Shown here piece by piece: positions 52,092-64,000 of a stretch of DNA of 64,000 nucleotides. Both the position numbers and the translations under genes were made by a program. Positions within the stretch are counted from its first letter, which is position 1. Each line of letters opens with the position of its first letter. The notes beneath the pieces are model-generated. The model searched no databases. It worked only from the letters and a program-made list of their open reading frames with translations, and was not told the origin of the DNA. The stretch comes from an uncultured delta proteobacterium (GTDB lineage: Bacteria > Desulfobacterota > Binatia > UBA9968): contig CAVUZH010000014.1 of the NCBI GenBank assembly GCA_963745835.1, positions 160,001-224,000 on the forward strand, written 5' to 3'.

Positions 52092-52528
52092 CTACGATCG
52101 ACTTGAATTACATACGCGCCGGTGCGCTTCCGCAGTCTTCTTAGGAGTAGAAAGAAATTCTGCACGGTCCTGAAGGCCTTTTGCAATGTCCGGGCTCTGC
52201 AAGCGAACATTCCCCCATTTCAGTCCAAACTATCAATTCCTTGGTCATTTCCCCAATCAAGCATCAACACTGCGCTCCGTACTCTCATCCGCTCCAAAAA
52301 ACACATTTCCGCTACTTGCCATTCCAGTGAAGATTTCATAGTAGTTTGGTTGCTGCTCTTTACGGTTTAATTGCCTCCGCCTATACGCTGGCTTTCGTCG
52401 TCCATGTCATTTTGACAATAGATTGACGATTTAAAGTGTCAGTCAAAGAGCAAAAGTTTGAAATTCATCAACTTACACGTGGTCTTTTTATTGCTGCTGG
52501 AGCGGACACTATTCGAAGGAGGAATAAA

Positions 52529-52723
52529 ATGCCGACCTTTGCTGATAAGGAAGTTCAAGCTAGACTGCTAAGAGAAATTCAAGAACTTTATGAAAAAAGG
52601 GGTCAAATCGAAGCCGATATCAGGGCGTTGGAGGCGAAAAGCAAACTCCGGATCGAAAAGGCAGCACTTCAAGAAATTGACGCATATAAAAACCTGAATC
52701 GTACGCGCGCACAGCCATCCTGA
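52529..52723 (+). CDS. Small coiled-coil hypothetical protein
   Basis: AAGGAGG RBS; 64 aa with a heptad-like charge pattern. Confidence 0.65.
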   Translation: MPTFADKEVQARLLREIQELYEKRGQIEADIRALEAKSKLRIEKAALQEIDAYKNLNRTRAQPS

Positions 52724-53291
52724 TGAGTTTTACAAGTGAGCCGTTGTACCCCAACCCTGTTTATTACAATAACGTTCTCCGTCGTTTACTTATGCCTAAT
52801 CCTGCCACTATGCCTCATCTGCCGATTTATCCGTCCCGCCCGCTCGCCTGGCCCAAGAAGTGGCGCTGGGAAATGCGTGCCTAGAAAGTGTTGCGAGCAT
52901 CACTCTCACCGTGATGCGGACAATCGGGACGAAGGCGACATTGGAGCAATAGTGGAGTCGTTGTGCCCGCAGAACGCGCCTGATAACGCATCCCACGTGA
53001 GCTTTTGATCTTTCCGGAGAGTTGATTGTTCTTCGCAGTCTCTAATCTGCTTTCACCAACGGAGGCAGTCCTCAAGCTTCCACCATCGGTACATTCTCAA
53101 TTCGGCGACACGTCCGGGTGATAGTATTTCGATTTCTTCCACTTAAGCTCGCTTTGCTCGAGGGCTGTCGATTGATCCCGTTGAACTTCTGCGTCCAGAG
53201 GTGAGGTCATCGAGCGGCAATGCCCCTGTGAGTCTATCCTAGCGTCAGCAAACATGCCGGAATGTTACGTGAGCGACCCTGCACAGCGATG

Positions 53292-54939
<1,648 letters not shown>

Positions 54940-54943
<4 letters not shown>

Positions 54944-55665
54944 GGAATGACGAACGGCAAATCTAGATCGGTTTCAAGCTCTAGCGAGCACATCGCGCGG
55001 ACCGGCCTGAAGCTTCGGCGATGAATCGGCGATGGTCCAAATCGCCGCAAAGCTTCCATATGTGCGACGCAGCTATATCCCTTGTGATGCGCAAAGCCGT
55101 ACTCGGGATAACTTTTATCGAGTTCGACCATCATCGTGTCACGCGCCACTTTAGCTATTATCGAGGCGGCAGCAATCGAGACACAAAGCTGATCGCCTTT
55201 TATGATGGTTCTTTGAAAAGGCAGTTGTTTGAAAACCACGTTCATCTGAAACAACTCAGCCGGGATCTTTTGGTTCCCGTCGATGAGCAAACAATCGGGC
55301 GCCGGCCGCAAGGCGCGAAAGGCCTTGACCATTGCAAGCAAACTCGCCTGGAGAATATTGATCCGATCGATCTCCTCAACCTCAACAACACCCACGCCCC
55401 AGCATAGGGCTGACTCTCTGATTGTCGGCAGCAAACTTTCACGCTGCTCCGCTGTTAACATTTTCGAATCTCTAATGGCCGAATGCGTGAAACCCTGCGG
55501 CAGCACGACTGCCGCGGCTACCACCGGCCCTGCCAAAGGGCCTCGGCCCACTTCATCCAGTCCGGCAACGCACTTAAAGCCACGCGAGTATGACTGTCGT
55601 TCAATCGCGCCCTGCTTTACAGGCCGGGCGAAGTCTTCCGACAACATGAATTGTTTGCCACCCAT
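54940..55665 (-). CDS. rnhB: Ribonuclease HII
   Basis: GLDEVGRGPLAGPV, DSK, IDG, KGD...AAASIIAK and HKGY motifs. Confidence 0.96.
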
Positions 55666-55836
55666 TGTGTTTCCCTTTTAGCCAAAAGAGAAAACAACTG
55701 CAAATAAGAAGGTTCAAAGGCGATTCAATTCACCGCAACGGATATGTTGTTGAAGAGATCCGTCTTTCCAAGCATAGATGCGTCACATCTACGATTCGCA
55801 TTGGAATTGACGGTGTCCATGTGCTAGAAAATCTCG

Positions 55837-56121
55837 ATGCTTATACGCGAAGACGTTGCACAGCTAGCGCTGCTGGCCCGCTTGCGCTTGCTGCCTCAGG
55901 AACTAGATCAGCTAACCGTCGAGCTTCAGAGTATTTTGCAGTACATGGATAAACTCCGGGAGCTGGATACCTCGGAAGTAGAGCCTTTCACCCAGGCTGT
56001 AGACACATCCAATTCACTTCGAGAGGATGTAGTTACCAACACCTCTGATCCAGATAGAATATTGTCGAATGCGCCCGCAAAGGCGAAGAGCTTTTTTAAA
56101 GTTCCAAAAATCATCGAATGA
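55837..56121 (+). CDS. gatC: Asp/Glu-tRNA amidotransferase subunit C
   Basis: LARL...LDTSEVEP...LRED...FKVPKIIE; overlaps the gatA start. Confidence 0.95.
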   Translation: MLIREDVAQLALLARLRLLPQELDQLTVELQSILQYMDKLRELDTSEVEPFTQAVDTSNSLREDVVTNTSDPDRILSNAPAKAKSFFKVPKIIE

Positions 56122-57584
56122 ATTTATCCGCAATGACGCTTCATGAAGCCAGCGAGAAACTGCGTAAGCGCGAAGTTTCGTCGCAGGAGCTGACTGAAGC
56201 CGTTTTCCAACGAGTTGCGCAAACGGAGGGTATTATCCGCTCCTACATCACCCTTTGCCGTGATACCGCCATCGCGCAGGCAAAAGAAGCCGATAAGAGG
56301 CTCAAGCAAGGACCATCCGCTTCTCCTTTACTCGGAATCCCGATCGCGCTTAAAGATAATTTGCTGACCCAGGGTTTAAGGACAACCTGCGCGTCAAGGA
56401 TATTGGAGAACTTTATTCCCCCCTATGATGCTACTGCCGTGGCAAAAGTTCGTTCGGCTGGCGCGATAATTACCGGCAAGACGAACCTGGATGAGTTCGC
56501 AATGGGTTCATCTGCTGAAAACTCAGCGTTCTTCTCGACGCGCAATCCCTGGCACGTGGAACGCGTACCCGGAGGATCTTCAGGTGGATCCGCAGCATCG
56601 GTGGCAGCTGATCAATGTATAGCAGCAATAGGAACTGACACCGGAGGCTCGATTCGTCAACCAGCGGCTTTCTGCGGCATCGTTGGGATGAAACCAACCT
56701 ACGGCCGGGTTAGCCGTTACGGGGTGATCGCCTTTGCTTCTTCCATGGATCAAGTAGGTCCGATGACGAAGAACGTTCGTGATTGCGCGCTCCTGCTCGA
56801 AACAATAAGCGGGCACGACCCGGCGGACTCAACATCGATCAGACTCCCCGTTCCATCATACTCGCAATTGTTAACCGACGAAATTGCCGGGTTACGTTTG
56901 GGTATTCCCAAGGAATATTTCACCGCAGGATTACAGTCGGCCGTTGATGAGGCTGTTATGAACGCCATTCGTCAGCTTGAAAAGCGCGGCGCCATTATAG
57001 AAGAAATCTCATTACCGCATACCGAGTACGCGGTGGCCGTGTACTACATCATCGCAACTGCGGAGGCCAGCTCAAACCTAGCCCGCTATGATGGAATGCG
57101 CTATGGCCAGCGCGCTGTCGGCAGCGATTTAACCGAAACCTATATGCTAAGTCGAGCACAAGGGCTTGGGCCAGAGGTGAAGCGACGTATTATGCTTGGC
57201 ACCTATGCACTTTCAGTCGGATATTACGACGCCTACTATCTGAAGGCACAAAAGGTTCGCGCTTTAATCCACCGGGATTTTGACGCGGCGTTTAAACATT
57301 GCGACGCCATTATCACTCCCACGTCGCCCACCACGGCCTTCAAGATCAGCGAGAAAATACAAAACCCGCTTGAAATGTACCTATCAGACATTTGTACGAT
57401 TTCGATCAATCTCGCCGGTGTGCCCGCGATCTCGGTACCCTGCGGTCTGGACGGTGAAGGATTGCCGATCGGAATGCAGGTCATTGGAAAACCTTTTGAG
57501 GAGGCGACCATTTTGCGCATCGCTCACGCTTACGAACAACAAACAGAGTGGCACAGGAAAAAACCTGCTTTATCTGTGGCATGA
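56118..57584 (+). CDS. gatA: Asp/Glu-tRNA amidotransferase subunit A
   Basis: [19 protein letters not shown] amidase signature and EVKRRIMLG. Confidence 0.97.
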   Translation: MNLSAMTLHEASEKLRKREVSSQELTEAVFQRVAQTEGIIRSYITLCRDTAIAQAKEADKRLKQGPSASPLLGIPIALKDNLLTQGLRTTCASRILENFIPPYDATAVAKVRSAGAIITGKTNLDEFAMGSSAENSAFFSTRNPWHVERVPGGSSGGSAASVAADQCIAAIGTDTGGSIRQPAAFCGIVGMKPTYGRVSRYGVIAFASSMDQVGPMTKNVRDCALLLETISGHDPADSTSIRLPVPSYSQLLTDEIAGLRLGIPKEYFTAGLQSAVDEAVMNAIRQLEKRGAIIEEISLPHTEYAVAVYYIIATAEASSNLARYDGMRYGQRAVGSDLTETYMLSRAQGLGPEVKRRIMLGTYALSVGYYDAYYLKAQKVRALIHRDFDAAFKHCDAIITPTSPTTAFKISEKIQNPLEMYLSDICTISINLAGVPAISVPCGLDGEGLPIGMQVIGKPFEEATILRIAHAYEQQTEWHRKKPALSVA

Positions 57585-59020
57585 AATACGAAACCATCAT
57601 CGGACTTGAAGTTCATGCTCAGCTTCTGACCGACTCGAAAATTTTCTGCGGCTGCTCCACCAGATACGGTGCGGCACCAAACAGCAATACTTGCATCGTC
57701 TGCGCTGGATTTCCTGGTGCCTTACCGGTTTTGAACAAAAGGGTTGTAGAGTTCGCCGTACGGGCCGGGCTCGCGATGAATTGTAAAATCGCCGGCTACA
57801 GTCGCTTGGCGAGAAAAAATTATTTCTATCCTGATTTGCCCAAAGGCTATCAGATTAGCCAGTACGAGCTTCCGATCTGCACCAACGGCTACATTGATGT
57901 CGACGTGGAGGGCTCTACGAAACGCGTTCGTTTAACGCGGATCCATATCGAGGAGGATGCGGGAAAAAATATTCACAATGCATATGATGACTCGAGTTTG
58001 ATCGATCTAAACCGTTCCGGAGTGCCGCTGCTGGAGATTGTCAGTGAACCCGATATCCGCGATGCTGTCGAAGGGGTAACGTATCTGAAAAGCTTACGTG
58101 CAATTCTTCGGTATCTGGAAGTCTGCGATGGTAACATGGAAGAAGGCAGCTTTCGCTGTGACGCAAACATTTCGGTACGCACCATCGGAACCGAGGCCCT
58201 AGGAACCAAAGTTGAAATTAAGAACCTGAACTCCTTTAAAGCTATTGAGAAAGCGCTGCAGTATGAGACAGAACGCCAGATTGATACACTTTCCGCAGGT
58301 GGAAGCTTGGCTCAAGAAACGCGGCTGTGGGACGAAAACAACGAGCAAACTCGCTCGATGCGATCTAAGGAGTCGGCTCACGATTATCGATATTTTCCGG
58401 ACCCTGACCTTTTACCGATCAATCTAGATGAAGCATGGATTCAAAAACTCCGTAGCACTTTACCTGAGCTTCCCGACGCACGAAAAGTACGTTTTAAGTC
58501 GCAGTATGGACTTCCATCCTATGATGCCGAGCTGCTCACCAACCGCAGAGATGTTGCCGACTATTTTGAGGCCGCGATTACCATTTGCCCGAATGCCAAA
58601 GCACTGAGCAATTGGATAATGGGTGATCTGTTCCGCCTCCTAAAAGCACGGAAGCTCGATGAACAGCTCCGAATCGACAATTGGCCGCTCCAGCCGACAC
58701 AATTGGGCGAGTTGGTGCAACTGATCGATCAAGGCAAAATCAGCGGAAAAATCGCGAAAATGATATTTGATGCCTTGCTCGATACGAGCGAATCGCCGCA
58801 GGGCATTATAACCGCACGCGGCTTGGAGCAGGTCTCAGATCCCGCAAGCCTCGAGAGGTCAATAGACCGGGTTTTGACGAACCATGGGAAACAGGTCGCC
58901 GCTTATCGCGGCGGTAATGAAAAAATTTTCGGCTTTCTTGTGGGGCAAGTCATGAAAGCTTCACAAGGGAAAGCTAATCCGCAAAAGGTCAATGAATTGT
59001 TAAAAGCAAAACTTTCTTGA
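57581..59020 (+). CDS. gatB: Asp/Glu-tRNA amidotransferase subunit B
   Basis: [26 protein letters not shown] and YRYFPDPDL; ATG 57581 overlaps the gatA stop. Confidence 0.97.
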   Translation: MKYETIIGLEVHAQLLTDSKIFCGCSTRYGAAPNSNTCIVCAGFPGALPVLNKRVVEFAVRAGLAMNCKIAGYSRLARKNYFYPDLPKGYQISQYELPICTNGYIDVDVEGSTKRVRLTRIHIEEDAGKNIHNAYDDSSLIDLNRSGVPLLEIVSEPDIRDAVEGVTYLKSLRAILRYLEVCDGNMEEGSFRCDANISVRTIGTEALGTKVEIKNLNSFKAIEKALQYETERQIDTLSAGGSLAQETRLWDENNEQTRSMRSKESAHDYRYFPDPDLLPINLDEAWIQKLRSTLPELPDARKVRFKSQYGLPSYDAELLTNRRDVADYFEAAITICPNAKALSNWIMGDLFRLLKARKLDEQLRIDNWPLQPTQLGELVQLIDQGKISGKIAKMIFDALLDTSESPQGIITARGLEQVSDPASLERSIDRVLTNHGKQVAAYRGGNEKIFGFLVGQVMKASQGKANPQKVNELLKAKLS

Positions 59021-59069
59021 ATCATCGATTCAAACAGAGCTGTTTAAGCTAGATATTAAGTTGAAAAAA

Positions 59070-60875
59070 TTACGGTAGAGAAGAACGAACCTCCGGCCGA
59101 TAAGCCTGGGGAAGATTGAGAATGATTCCGATTAGCCCATTATCACGAATGCTTTTAAGTTGCCGCTCAGCCTCATCTCGTAGCCGAAAGTTTCCAACAC
59201 GTACTCTTAATGATTCGCCTGCGCTAGCTTCAGTCATGGAGACAGCATAGCCGCGCTGTTCGAAAGTGTCTGCCCAACTCCGTGCTTCAGAGCGATCCTT
59301 AAAGGCTACTTGAATAATGTAACCCTCAAGAGCTTTCGGCATAGGTTTCATGAGGGGTTTAATTTCCGATAGGTGTTCCATATGTTTGGCGTGAACAGGT
59401 ACAGCTTGCTGTTCAACAGTCTCTGCCTCACCGTTTTGCAGCTCTGACGCTGTGATCGGCGCCGGCACCGCCTTTTCCGGATGTGCGGGTTTCGGATTTA
59501 TCTTCGTAAGTGATGCTATATGGCCTAACCGCTCGCCTTCGCTGTCACGCTTTGGGGTTGTAGCAGACGATGAAGCCACTTCAGTCGATCCAAGGGCAGG
59601 AAGTGCATGTATCCCCAAATCCGGTTGTGAAACTTCATTTGGCCGCGCTTCTCCCATTGCAGCCGGACGCTGAGAACCGGCCATGTCCGGGGGCATTTCG
59701 TTTTGTTCTTTTTCTTTAGGTACTCCAACCAAGCTTATCAATTCGGGTGTTTTTTCTTCTTTCTTTTCAAGCTGAAGTTTCGCTTCGATTGCTTTCGCAT
59801 CGACTTGCGCGTGGGAAAACTCCACGGCACTGGGAGCGGCTCGCGTCGCCTCAACGACTCCCGTCGGGAGCATGGGATCCTGATCAGATTGGGTTGCTGA
59901 TTCTTTGGCAGAACCTGTTCCAACCGCCTCGATGTTCTCACCAACAATGGAACTGATCTTTCCCTCTGGAATGAGCTCTTCCTTAGTCCCTCGACTCCCA
60001 TTCGGAGTTGTCGTTTCACGGCCAGTTTCGCTTTCAGAAGCTGATATCGCTTTCTTCTTCACCCCAACAGAGCCTTTCCCGTCATTCACTGGGTTGGCAA
60101 CTTCATTATGACCCGGCTTCTGTGCTAGGACCGGATTCTGGTCCGGTTTTGCTTTGGGCAGCTCCGGCAAGAGAACTTGTTCCTGAATCGGTGCACGTAC
60201 GTCGGGCGCGGGCCGTTGCGCACGGAAAGACAAAAGGTTCGCCTGGCCCTCCGGCTCCATGACGAAAATAACTGCCTCAGCCAGGAGTGTATTCTCACCT
60301 AAATCTTGTCTTAAGAATGCCCTTACTTTCTCCTTGGGCAAATAGACGATCGCGCGCTCCGTGCTCATGCGGGAGCCCAGCATTCGCCAGGTAAAATTCA
60401 AGCCGTAACCGGACAGTTCTCTATCGTTATAAATTTCCGAATCACTGGCGAGGATCACAAGTAACTCTCTGCCATAGAGGGAAAACAGCCGCGCCACTTT
60501 TTCGCTGTACTCCCCTGCTTCGAAGTTCTCACCCGTTCCAAGTACCACCTCAAGGAAACGTTCGTCAGGAAATTTAACTGCAGAATGCGTAAAAAAACCC
60601 ATCCCCCCCGACGACCCAAGATTGTTCGCAAATTGCAACTTCGACGTTTTTGGATTCGCCATAATCATTTCGATCAAACGAACTAGCTTCTCTTGGTACT
60701 TCTCCCCCAGATACCGGGCTTTCTGCGTGCTATAATGCGACGCGGGCGTAGCAATTAGGCTAGCAGCGGAAAGCTGTCGCTTTGTATCACCATCTTGAAT
60801 TGTGCAACCATTAACCACTATCGCAAACATCATCCACAAGAGAGCTATCCATGCACCGCGTACTTTTAACAGCAT
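59070..60875 (-). CDS. Lipoprotein with a long low-complexity linker and C-terminal SPOR domain
   Basis: VNGC lipobox-like signal; YIIQVAF...LRVRVGNF..EAE SPOR motif; GAGGA RBS. Confidence 0.8.
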   Translation of the reverse strand: MLLKVRGAWIALLWMMFAIVVNGCTIQDGDTKRQLSAASLIATPASHYSTQKARYLGEKYQEKLVRLIEMIMANPKTSKLQFANNLGSSGGMGFFTHSAVKFPDERFLEVVLGTGENFEAGEYSEKVARLFSLYGRELLVILASDSEIYNDRELSGYGLNFTWRMLGSRMSTERAIVYLPKEKVRAFLRQDLGENTLLAEAVIFVMEPEGQANLLSFRAQRPAPDVRAPIQEQVLLPELPKAKPDQNPVLAQKPGHNEVANPVNDGKGSVGVKKKAISASESETGRETTTPNGSRGTKEELIPEGKISSIVGENIEAVGTGSAKESATQSDQDPMLPTGVVEATRAAPSAVEFSHAQVDAKAIEAKLQLEKKEEKTPELISLVGVPKEKEQNEMPPDMAGSQRPAAMGEARPNEVSQPDLGIHALPALGSTEVASSSATTPKRDSEGERLGHIASLTKINPKPAHPEKAVPAPITASELQNGEAETVEQQAVPVHAKHMEHLSEIKPLMKPMPKALEGYIIQVAFKDRSEARSWADTFEQRGYAVSMTEASAGESLRVRVGNFRLRDEAERQLKSIRDNGLIGIILNLPQAYRPEVRSSLP

Positions 60876-61031
60876 TCCTCGCTCCTCTAACTTCGACCCG
60901 AATCGCCGAGAACTTTGCTTGACAGGGGTCCTTCTTAAATTATAATGAAACGGTTTTATGAAGAATATATCAACAAGATAGTTGCAAATTACCGCAAAGA
61001 CAATCTTTTTTTGACACAACGAGATTAATGT

Positions 61032-62489
61032 ATGGCAATTGGCGAATTACTTAGAACCAGGGGCATTATAACCGACGAGCAACTGCAGACTGTGCTACGG
61101 CAACAGAAGATCGCCGGGGGTCGCCTCGGCGATAATCTTATTTCACTCGGATACATCAGCCGCGAGAGGTTAGATGGCATTCTTCACGAGCCCCCGCACA
61201 TTCCAAAAACCGCTGACGAAACCGGACTAGAAGGCAATTTTCTACTTAATTGTCTTTTGCGGACGATGTACGTGTCGGCACTGCAAACTATCCCGGAGGT
61301 TTCCGAACACATCAAGTTAACTCGAGCTGTGGTCGAGGAACTGCTTACGATAGCCAAAAAGGAAGCTCTTGTAGAAATTCGTGGGCCGTCGGAAAAAAAC
61401 CACAACGTTATGCGTTATGCGCTTACGAATGCCGGTAAGGAGCGCGCTAGTGAGGCCCTGCGGCTTTGCGAATACATTGGACCGATTCCCGTGCCGCTGC
61501 AGACCTATCAGCTGCAGGTGCAAAAACAGACGATCACAAATGAAATCGTCAGCATAGATAAACTTAAAAAGTCGATGTCTCACCTAGTTTTGTCGGAGGA
61601 AGTCGTCAGAAGACTCGGGCCCGCGTCGAATTCAGGCAGAGCAATCTTGATCTACGGTGCTGCCGGGAACGGCAAAACTGCTATGGCAGAAGCTCTAATA
61701 AGCGCCTTCGAGCAAGCGGTTTACATTCCCTATTGCATCGAAGCAGATGGCCAGATTATCAAAATCTTCGATCCTTCCGTTCACGTCCCGTTTGGCCCGG
61801 AGCAGCCAGCCATCAGCAGCGACAAGCATCCTATGTTTTTGCCTCACCTCCCCTATGATCCTCGCTGGGTCCGCTGTAGGAGACCCTATATTATTTCCGG
61901 AGGTGAATTGACGTTAGCAATGCTCGACTTGGACTTCGACATTCATTCAAAATACTATGAGGCGCCCCTTCAGATGAAGGCAATTGGCGGAATATTCGTT
62001 ATCGATGACTTCGGACGTCAGCGTGTGCGACCTCATGAACTATTGAACAGGTGGATCTTTCCTCTGGAGCGCAAACTCGATTACTTGACGCTTCATACGG
62101 GCAAAAAGTTTTCCGTGCTGTTCGATCAGCTTGTCATCTTTGCCACCAATTTTCCACCAGAAGAACTTATGGATGCAGCGCAGTTACGCCGTGTTCATTA
62201 CAAGATAAAGATCAGCCCACCCACCGCAGACGAGTACAGAGAGATATTCCAGCGCGTCTGTGAATCTTATGGATTGGAGTTTTCCGAAGAGATTATTGCG
62301 TACCTGCTCAACTCGTTTTACGTCAAGCACAAAGTTCCCTTTGCCGGATTTCACCCGAAATTCATCGCCGAGCACGTCATCGCTGCCTGCAACTATTTGG
62401 GCACTCAGCCACGTATTACGCGTCAACTGCTTAACGATTCACTCGAAAACATGGTGGTTCTGCCTAATTCCTCCCCCTCTAAAGAGTAA
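61032..62489 (+). CDS. AAA+ ATPase with N-terminal MshEN-like domain
   Basis: IGELL..RGII....L...[19 protein letters not shown]; Walker A GAAGNGKT and Walker B VIDDFGRQ. Confidence 0.85.
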   Translation: MAIGELLRTRGIITDEQLQTVLRQQKIAGGRLGDNLISLGYISRERLDGILHEPPHIPKTADETGLEGNFLLNCLLRTMYVSALQTIPEVSEHIKLTRAVVEELLTIAKKEALVEIRGPSEKNHNVMRYALTNAGKERASEALRLCEYIGPIPVPLQTYQLQVQKQTITNEIVSIDKLKKSMSHLVLSEEVVRRLGPASNSGRAILIYGAAGNGKTAMAEALISAFEQAVYIPYCIEADGQIIKIFDPSVHVPFGPEQPAISSDKHPMFLPHLPYDPRWVRCRRPYIISGGELTLAMLDLDFDIHSKYYEAPLQMKAIGGIFVIDDFGRQRVRPHELLNRWIFPLERKLDYLTLHTGKKFSVLFDQLVIFATNFPPEELMDAAQLRRVHYKIKISPPTADEYREIFQRVCESYGLEFSEEIIAYLLNSFYVKHKVPFAGFHPKFIAEHVIAACNYLGTQPRITRQLLNDSLENMVVLPNSSPSKE

Positions 62490-62496
62490 TCACCTA

Positions 62497-63781
62497 ATGT
62501 CGAGACAGCTGGCTCTACTCATCTACTCAATTGACTCTTCCGTTTCCGGTTTATCCAGACTTTTGGAGGCTCGGGACTGTTTTATCCACGAAACGCGCTC
62601 CCTCGAAGAAGCCGAGCACGCATTCAACGCGTTTCCAATTGATCAATTGAAGTTTGTCTTCGCAGATCTAACACTCTGTCGTAGTAACACATGGCCTCGG
62701 TTCTTGGATCGGATCTACCAACTCGGCACGCAAGTGACTCTGGTTTGTTATCATCCCCAGAATACGCACGCGCTTTACACTCTCTTGGGGCAAGCCAGCC
62801 ACCCTTCAACCGATTTGCTCACGCCGCATGCGATTAAATTACCTCTGATGATCGGCGAAACCCCCCAGTTCTATGAAGTGCTAAACCTGGCGAATCGATA
62901 TGCTATGCACGACATCACCGTTCTCATTACCGGTGAAACCGGGACAGGCAAGGAAGTCATGGCCCAATATATACATTCAAGCGGTTCTCGGGCGACGAAG
63001 CCGTTTGTAGCTTGTAACATGACTGCGATTCCTGAAACTCTCGTCGAAAGTGAACTATTCGGTTACGTGCGAGGCGCGTTTACCGGCGCGGAGAAGAACA
63101 AGAAGGGACTCATTGAAGCTGCGGAGGGCGGCACGCTTTTTTTGGATGAAATCGGCGAGCTCGCGCCGGCCATTCAGCTGAAACTTCTGCGATTTCCTCG
63201 AAACTCGTCAGTACTATCGTGTAGGCGAATCCACACCAAAATCCAGCGATGTCAGAATCGTTGCTGCCACCAATAAAGAGCTCGAGGAGGCCATTCAGGG
63301 AACCGGATTTCGAAAGGATTTGTATTTTCGCCTGAACAGCGCTCGCATCATTCTCCCCCCTTTACGAGGCCGCAAAGAAGATATCATCCTGATGGTTGCA
63401 AACTTCGTCTATCAAGCTTGTAAGCAATTCCACAAGCCGCTCAAAAAGCTGAGCAGTTCGGCTAAGGCCTTATTCCTAGACTATCCGTGGCCAGGCAACA
63501 TCAGAGAACTTAAAAGCGTCGTTGAAAGTGCCGCGATGGTTTCGGATGGTCAATACATCACAATCGCCGATTTACCCATGAACCTGCAGCACTATGCGAC
63601 CGGACACCGAGAGGAGATCGGAACCAAGGCGATCAAAAATATCGAGGAAGGTGAGAGAATTCTAATTGAGGACGCGCTCCGGCAAACCAACGGTAATAAA
63701 GCCAAAGCCGCCGAAGCCCTCGGTATATCAACACGCACGCTCTACCGAAAGATCGAAAGGTTCGAGCTCTTGCAGGAGTAA
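62497..63781 (+). pseudogene. Sigma54-dependent Fis-family activator with one frameshift near 63195 (possibly a sequencing error)
   Basis: [14 protein letters not shown] and FLDEIG; after the shift [21 protein letters not shown] and a Fis HTH. Confidence 0.88.
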
Positions 63782-64000
63782 TCAGATACATCAGCCAACT
63801 CTGGCTTAGGAGCCCCACGTTCTTTCCTCAGTTCGACTGGAGTCTCAGTTCCGCTGCCTAGGTCAACTGAACCTTGTAAAATCCTTCTCGTATCACTTTG
63901 GAATTTGAGCTTCAAAAATCGGTTTGCCGATGGGCAGCCCGTTCCTTCCCTTATCTTCACCTGCTGAAGAGTGTGGCATGGACTTTCCAAGAGCCCTAAG

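Noticed and set aside
53040-53240. XRE-type HTH remnant
   Set aside because: Only a short ARGLSIDPVELL-like fragment is visible, with no reconstructable N-terminus.
63974-63989. Sigma54 promoter after the activator gene
   Set aside because: TGGCAT is present, but the -12 element reads TTCC rather than TTGC, and the downstream context is outside the window.

Overview
Bacterial chromosome window, most consistent with a Deltaproteobacteria-like lineage such as Binatota (inferred from gene order and content). The left part is a housekeeping run (tilS-ftsH-folP-cdaA-cdaR-glmM-pdxJ-nnr-tsaE), followed by transport, redox and envelope genes. These include a glutaredoxin-like selenoprotein (in-frame UGA in a UxxC motif) that the ORF track truncates. 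A ~16 kb decaying phage-satellite-like island (35978-52049) sits in tRNA-Ser(TGA) in an unusual orientation. The displaced fragment is the 5' half of the tRNA, it lies upstream next to serS, and it carries an anticodon mutation. The island has a full-length integrase and excisionase, pseudogenised primase-helicase, two HNH copies, TerS, Ku and two defence-like genes, and an intact GT2 glycosyltransferase. It also carries at least seven small membrane ORFs, all antisense to the backbone. Four of these alternate with structured RNA-like elements, two of which are homologous repeats that keep the same fold. This peptide/RNA array is the best candidate for an undescribed system. The right part holds serS, yraN, rnhB, gatCAB, a SPOR protein, an MshEN-AAA ATPase and a sigma54 activator. 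Single indels in three non-island genes suggest some frameshifts are sequencing errors. All assignments come from motifs read by eye; no database searches were run.
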